Source of the DNA: Candidatus Latescibacterota bacterium
GTDB lineage: Bacteria; Latescibacterota; UBA2968
Length of the DNA: 64,000 nucleotides
Direction of reading: 5' to 3'
Assembly (NCBI GenBank): GCA_965205975.1
Contig: OZ242195.1
Span: forward strand, 144,202-208,201
Shown: one piece after another, positions 58,543-64,000 of the stretch
Layout of the letters: each line of letters opens with the position of its first letter
How positions within the stretch are numbered: position 1 is the first letter of the stretch
The notes under the pieces: model-generated
The model's input: only the letters and a program-made list of their open reading frames with translations
Database searches by the model: none
What the model was told of the DNA's origin: nothing
Made by a program: the position numbers and the translations under genes

Positions 58543-60084
58543 ATGAAAACGGAAATCATTATCAATGTCGCGTCACACGAGTCGAGAATTGCCATTCTCG
58601 AAGATGGTCGGCTTGCAGAAATTCTCGTTGAACGCGCTGAAAAAGAACGCATGGTTGGCGATATTTACCAGGGGGTTGTAACCGCTGTTTTGCCTGGCTT
58701 ACAGGCAGGTTTTGTCGATATAGGACAGGAAAAAGCGGCTTTTTTACACGTTTCTGATATGCCTGGCTCGCCCGGCTCAATGGTCGAACTCGATTCGGAA
58801 ATTCTCGAGGATATCCGGGATCAGACCAATGGGCAGGGCAAATTCTCTATTGATGAGCTGTTGCACAAAGGCCAGGAGATCATTGTGCAGATTAAAAAAG
58901 AGTCCATCAATACAAAAGGACCGCGCATTACTGCCGTGCCATCACTCGCCGGTCGGTTTATGGTGCTGGTACCCGATGGCGATAAAGTGGGGGTGTCGCG
59001 CAAAATTACCAATTGGCGCGAAAAGCGGCGTCTTCGGGATATCGGGGGCAATATCAAGCCCGAGGGTTTTGGCCTTATTGTGCGTACCGAAGCCCGTGGC
59101 AAGGGCGAGCGGGAACTCAGGCGCGATCTCAAGCAGCTTTTGACAACGTGGAGACGAATTCAGAAACAAGGGATGAAAAATAGTGGTCCCAAATTGCTGC
59201 ACAAAGAAGTGGGCATGACATCTGGCCTTATCCGCGATTTGTTCACGGAGGATGTTCATCGTCTCGTCGTTGATTCGAAACGCGAATACAAGGAAATCCA
59301 GGCATATCTCAAAGGGGTCTCGCCAGAGTTGCGCCAGACTGTCGAATACTACGGCGATACGCGACCAATTTTTGACGCTTTTGGCATTGAAGCCGAAATT
59401 GAAAAATTCACCGAACGCAAAATCTGGTTCAGGGGTGGTGGTTATCTGGTTATTGATCCGACAGAAGCGCTGGTTGCCATCGATGTCAACAGTGGGCGCA
59501 GCGTGGGTAAAGGACGCGCCAAACAGGATGAGACCGTGCTTAAGACCAATTTGGAAGCCGCTCGAGAAGTTGCTCGTCAACTTCGCTTACGCGATATGGG
59601 CGGGCTTGTGGTTGTCGATTTTATCGATATGGACCATGCGCGAGACCGCAAGCGCGTTGAAGAAGAAATGCGTCAGGCTATTCGCCGCGACCGGTCCAGG
59701 ATCCGGTATTCGCGCATTACACAGTTTGGTCTAATGGAGATGACCCGCCAGCGGGTGCGTCCCAGTTTGATGTCCACTTATTCTGCGCCCTGTCCGCAAT
59801 GCCATGGTACGGGTCATATCCCGAGCCAGGAAACCGTGCTGTCGCGCATCGAACGCTGGCTCAAACGATCTCGCGCAGCCGCGCTCGAACGACGTCTCAC
59901 TGTGCAGGTTCACCCCACGCTCGGGTTTTATTTGCTCGAGAATCGCAGAGAACGCCTCAAAGCCATTCGCAAATCTACCCGGGTTTGGCTCGATGTTGAA
60001 TCGGCTCCGGATTTGCGCGAAGAAGATTATCGCGTTTTTTCTCGGAAGCGAAAGATCGATGTGACAAATGAAGTTCAAACTTGA
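58543..60084 (+). CDS. rng: ribonuclease G/E family endoribonuclease
   Basis: S1 domain (GDIYQGVVTAVLPGLQAGFVDIG); DNase I-like and Zn-link region (CPQCHGTG). Length 513 aa. Confidence 0.85.
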   Translation: MKTEIIINVASHESRIAILEDGRLAEILVERAEKERMVGDIYQGVVTAVLPGLQAGFVDIGQEKAAFLHVSDMPGSPGSMVELDSEILEDIRDQTNGQGKFSIDELLHKGQEIIVQIKKESINTKGPRITAVPSLAGRFMVLVPDGDKVGVSRKITNWREKRRLRDIGGNIKPEGFGLIVRTEARGKGERELRRDLKQLLTTWRRIQKQGMKNSGPKLLHKEVGMTSGLIRDLFTEDVHRLVVDSKREYKEIQAYLKGVSPELRQTVEYYGDTRPIFDAFGIEAEIEKFTERKIWFRGGGYLVIDPTEALVAIDVNSGRSVGKGRAKQDETVLKTNLEAAREVARQLRLRDMGGLVVVDFIDMDHARDRKRVEEEMRQAIRRDRSRIRYSRITQFGLMEMTRQRVRPSLMSTYSAPCPQCHGTGHIPSQETVLSRIERWLKRSRAAALERRLTVQVHPTLGFYLLENRRERLKAIRKSTRVWLDVESAPDLREEDYRVFSRKRKIDVTNEVQT

Positions 60085-60221
60085 CATAAAGTGATACTTC
60101 GGATACATTCTGTGTTCTTTGATTTCCCGGCCACACCGGGTCGGGAAGTCTGTTTGTAAATGGCAAATGTGGGGCTGGGGACTGGAGGTTGAGGACTGGG
60201 ACAGTTTCTGGAGGTTTAAAT

Positions 60222-60533
60222 ATGTATGCAGTAGTCGATATCGCTGGCAGCCAATATAAGGTGGAAGCGGGCGATAATATCCGCGTTGCTCGGCTCGATG
60301 CCGAGGAGGGGGATTCACTTACTTTGCCCGATGTGTTGCTCGTAGGTGGCAGCGATGAAATCAAAGTGGGCACGCCCCAGGTTGAAGGGGCTGTTGTCGA
60401 AGCTCTTGTCAAAGGACATGGTCGCGCAGATAAAATTACGGTTTTTAAGATGAAGCGCCGAAAAAATTATCGCCGAAAAAATGGGCATCGGCAATCTTAT
60501 ACCGAACTTCAGATTGAAAAAATTGTAGCGTGA
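60222..60533 (+). CDS. rplU: 50S ribosomal protein L21
   Basis: MYAVVDIAGSQYKVEAGDNI. GGAGGT RBS. Confidence 0.9.
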   Translation: MYAVVDIAGSQYKVEAGDNIRVARLDAEEGDSLTLPDVLLVGGSDEIKVGTPQVEGAVVEALVKGHGRADKITVFKMKRRKNYRRKNGHRQSYTELQIEKIVA

Positions 60534-60557
60534 GAGCTAAAATCAAGGAGGCTTTTC

Positions 60558-61746
<1,189 letters not shown>

Positions 61747-61764
61747 AATAGAATTATGATTGTC

Positions 61765-61790
61765 ATTGCGGCATGATTTTGAGCCGCAAT
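61765..61790 (+). terminator. hairpin terminator after mdh
   Basis: Perfect 8-bp stem attgcggc / gccgcaat with a 10-nt U-rich loop. The trailing T-run is weak. Confidence 0.45.
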
Positions 61791-61832
61791 CCAGTGGTTT
61801 TGAGCCGCCATACGCGTATAGCGGTTCCTGAG

Positions 61833-61878
61833 TCAGCCCGTTCAATCTCCCCAATAGAAGGGTAGTTGGACGGGCTGA
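61833..61878. other. long hairpin (9-bp perfect stem tcagcccgt / acgggctga enclosing a partly paired 28-nt loop) 37 nt upstream of the methyltransferase gene
   Basis: Read directly in the sequence; function unknown. Confidence 0.5.
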
Positions 61879-61914
61879 TTATCTTATGTGTAAAAAATGG
61901 GAGGACGGTCAAAT

Positions 61915-64000
61915 GCAAGATAGCCAGGTCAATCGCATTCCCAGATTTATATGGGGCATTGCCGACGATGTGTTGCGCGACCTGTACGTGCGGGGCAAGT
62001 ACCGCGATATTATTCTGCCGATGACGGTGATTCGGCGGCTGGATGCGGCGCTTGAGCCGACCAAGCAAGCTGTTCTCGCTATGCGAACCAGACTCGACGA
62101 GGATGGCGTGATTGAACAGGAAGCCGCTTTGAAGCAGGCCGCCGGGCACGCTTTTTACAATGCTTCGCCATTCACGTTGCGCGATCTTCGCGCCCGCGCC
62201 AACCGGCAGCAACTTCGGGCTGATTTTGAGGCGTACCTGGATGGGTTTTCGGCCAATGTGCAGGATATTTTGAAGAATTTTGAGTTTCGCAACCAGATTC
62301 CGCGTTTGTCCGATGCCGATGCGCTCGGCGCGCTGATTGAAAAATTTCTGTCGCCGGATATCAATTTAAGTCCCTATCCGGTGGAGAATGGCGATGGCTC
62401 TGTGCGGTTTTCCGGTCTGGACAATCACGCAATGGGTACGATTTTCGAGGAATTGGTGCGGCGATTTAACGAAGAGAATAACGAGGAGGCTGGCGAGCAC
62501 TGGACGCCGCGCGACGCGGTCAAGTTGATGGCGAATCTCATTTTTCTACCGGTTGCTGACGAGATTGAGTCGAGTACCTATTTGCTCTACGATGGTGCTT
62601 GCGGCACGGGTGGCATGCTGACTGTCGCAGAGGAGACGCTTCGAGATCTCGCCCAGGAGCGTGACAAGCAGGTTTCCACGCATCTTTACGGTCAGGAGAT
62701 CAATGCCGAGACCTATGCGATTTGCAAGGCGGACCTGTTGCTGAAGGGCGAGGGCAGCGCGGCGGATAATATTGTCGGGGGACCGGAGTATTCGACGCTT
62801 TCCAATGATGCTTTTCCATCCCACAAGTTTGACTTTATGCTGAGTAATCCGCCTTATGGCAAGAGTTGGAAGAACGATCTGGCACGCCTGGGTGGCAAGA
62901 GCGGCTTATCTGATCCGCGATTTCTTATTGCTCATGACGGCGATGCGGAGTATTCCCTGCTCACCCGCTCCAGCGATGGGCAGATGCTGTTCCTCGCCAA
63001 TCTGCTTTCCAAGATGAAGCGCGATACCACGCTGGGTAGCCGCATTGCCGAGGTTCACAATGGGAGTTCTTTGTTCACGGGCGATGCCGGGCAGGGGGAG
63101 AGCAATATCCGCCGCTGGATTATCGAAAACGACTATCTGGAGGCGATTGTCGCGCTGCCGCTTAATATGTTCTACAATACCGGTATCGCTACGTACATCT
63201 GGGTGTTGACCAATCGCAAGCCAGCGCACCGGCAGGGCAAGGTGCAACTCATCGATGCGACCGAGTGGTATAATCCCTTGCGTAAGAATCTGGGTGCCAA
63301 GAACTGCGAGTTGTCCAATGACGACATCCGCCGCATCTGCGACGCTTTTCTGGCGTTTGAGGAGACGGAGCAGTCGAAGATTTTTCCCAATAAAGCATTC
63401 GGATACTATAAGGTGACGGTTGAGCGACCACTGCGGCTCGCTGTGGATTTGTCGCCAGAGCAACGGACGCGATTTCGGGATGCCTGTCGAGAAGCAGATG
63501 AAGAGCCGCTCGCCGATGTGGTTGATCGGATGGCGGAGACTATCGGTAATGGTCTCCATCTCGATTTCAACAGTTTCATGGATGTAGTTGCAGCAGAGGC
63601 GTCTGAACAGGGCGTCAAGCTGATCGCCAAACGAAAAAAGCTGTTGCAAACGTCGCTGGCATTTCGGGACGAAGCCGCCGAACCTGTGATTAAAAGGGTC
63701 CACAAATTGGGCAATAGGGAGCCAGATCCGATTCGCGGTCCGGTAGAGGCGACTGTGAACGGCCAGTGCGTTATCGTCGAATATGAGCCAGACAGCGAGT
63801 TGCGCGATACCGAACAGGTGCTCCTGCTTGAAGAGGGCGGTATTGAGGGTTTCTTGAGACGCGAGGTGCTGCCCTACTCTCCCGACGCCTGGTACGTCCC
63901 GACGAGTGTTAAAATCGGCTATGAGATCAGCTTTACTCGCCATTTCTACAAGCCACAACCCATGCGTTCACGAGAAGAAATCCGCGCTGATATAATGGCG
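61915..64000 (+). CDS. hsdM: N6-adenine DNA methyltransferase of a restriction-modification system (type I HsdM-like); 3' end lies beyond the window
   Basis: GGGAGG RBS 8 nt before the ATG at 61915. The N-terminal region is HsdM_N-like (FIWGIADDVLRDLYVRGKYRDIILPMTVIRRLDAALEP). Methyltransferase motif I is YDGACGTGGML and motif IV is SNPPYGKSW. The frame is open for 695 codons to the window end. It is absent from the ORF track because no stop falls within the window. Confidence 0.8.

Overview
This 64-kb window comes from a bacterial chromosome of roughly 50-52% GC. The gene content points to a Gram-negative glycan degrader, possibly from an uncultivated lineage, but the sequence alone does not place it taxonomically. 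Supporting genes include two cytoplasmic Cys-type sulfatases, a beta-helix lyase-like lipoprotein, SurA/parvulin chaperones, an RND pump and sat.

Most of the window is core genes:
- partial lepB, prs, queC and hemJ
- the tmRNA gene ssrA, with promoter, terminator and a decodable tag peptide
- a three-gene transcarbamylase / nucleotide-sugar operon
- nrnA, ftsE/ftsX plus a coiled-coil partner, surA, mfd and tRNA-Asp
- ilvC, ahcY, metF, xth, tldD/pmbA and rsmB
- tRNA-Lys, moaC/moeA, rng, rplU-rpmA and mdh

Five accessory segments are interspersed:
- 3.3-6.4 kb: a low-GC island carrying the 5' part of a PLD-nuclease/SNF2-like helicase gene. The gene is cut off by a decayed, internally deleted IS3-family element. 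Beside it sits a 3-TM protein with PPSNSPANP repeats, and two 28-30 bp direct repeats.
- 15.3-16.1 kb: a ~0.75-kb GC-rich gene for a small P-loop NTPase, sitting between hemJ and ssrA. It is flanked by 24-bp perfect (about 55-bp imperfect) direct repeats copied from inside hemJ.
- 55.1-55.8 kb: a BrnT/BrnA toxin-antitoxin pair immediately 3' of tRNA-Lys.
- 52.2-55.0 kb: a GC-rich sat + sulfatase operon.
- 61.9 kb to the window end: the 5' ~2.1 kb of an N6-adenine DNA methyltransferase gene (HsdM-like), presumably the start of a restriction-modification locus.

Three proteins carry conspicuous degenerate copies or motifs:
- a 581-aa double PhyH dioxygenase whose N-terminal copy lacks the metal ligands
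- a 1132-aa double CPBP intramembrane protease whose second copy is degenerate
- an FtsE homologue whose Walker A and ABC signature motifs are both degenerate

No CRISPR array, rRNA or intact prophage was seen.
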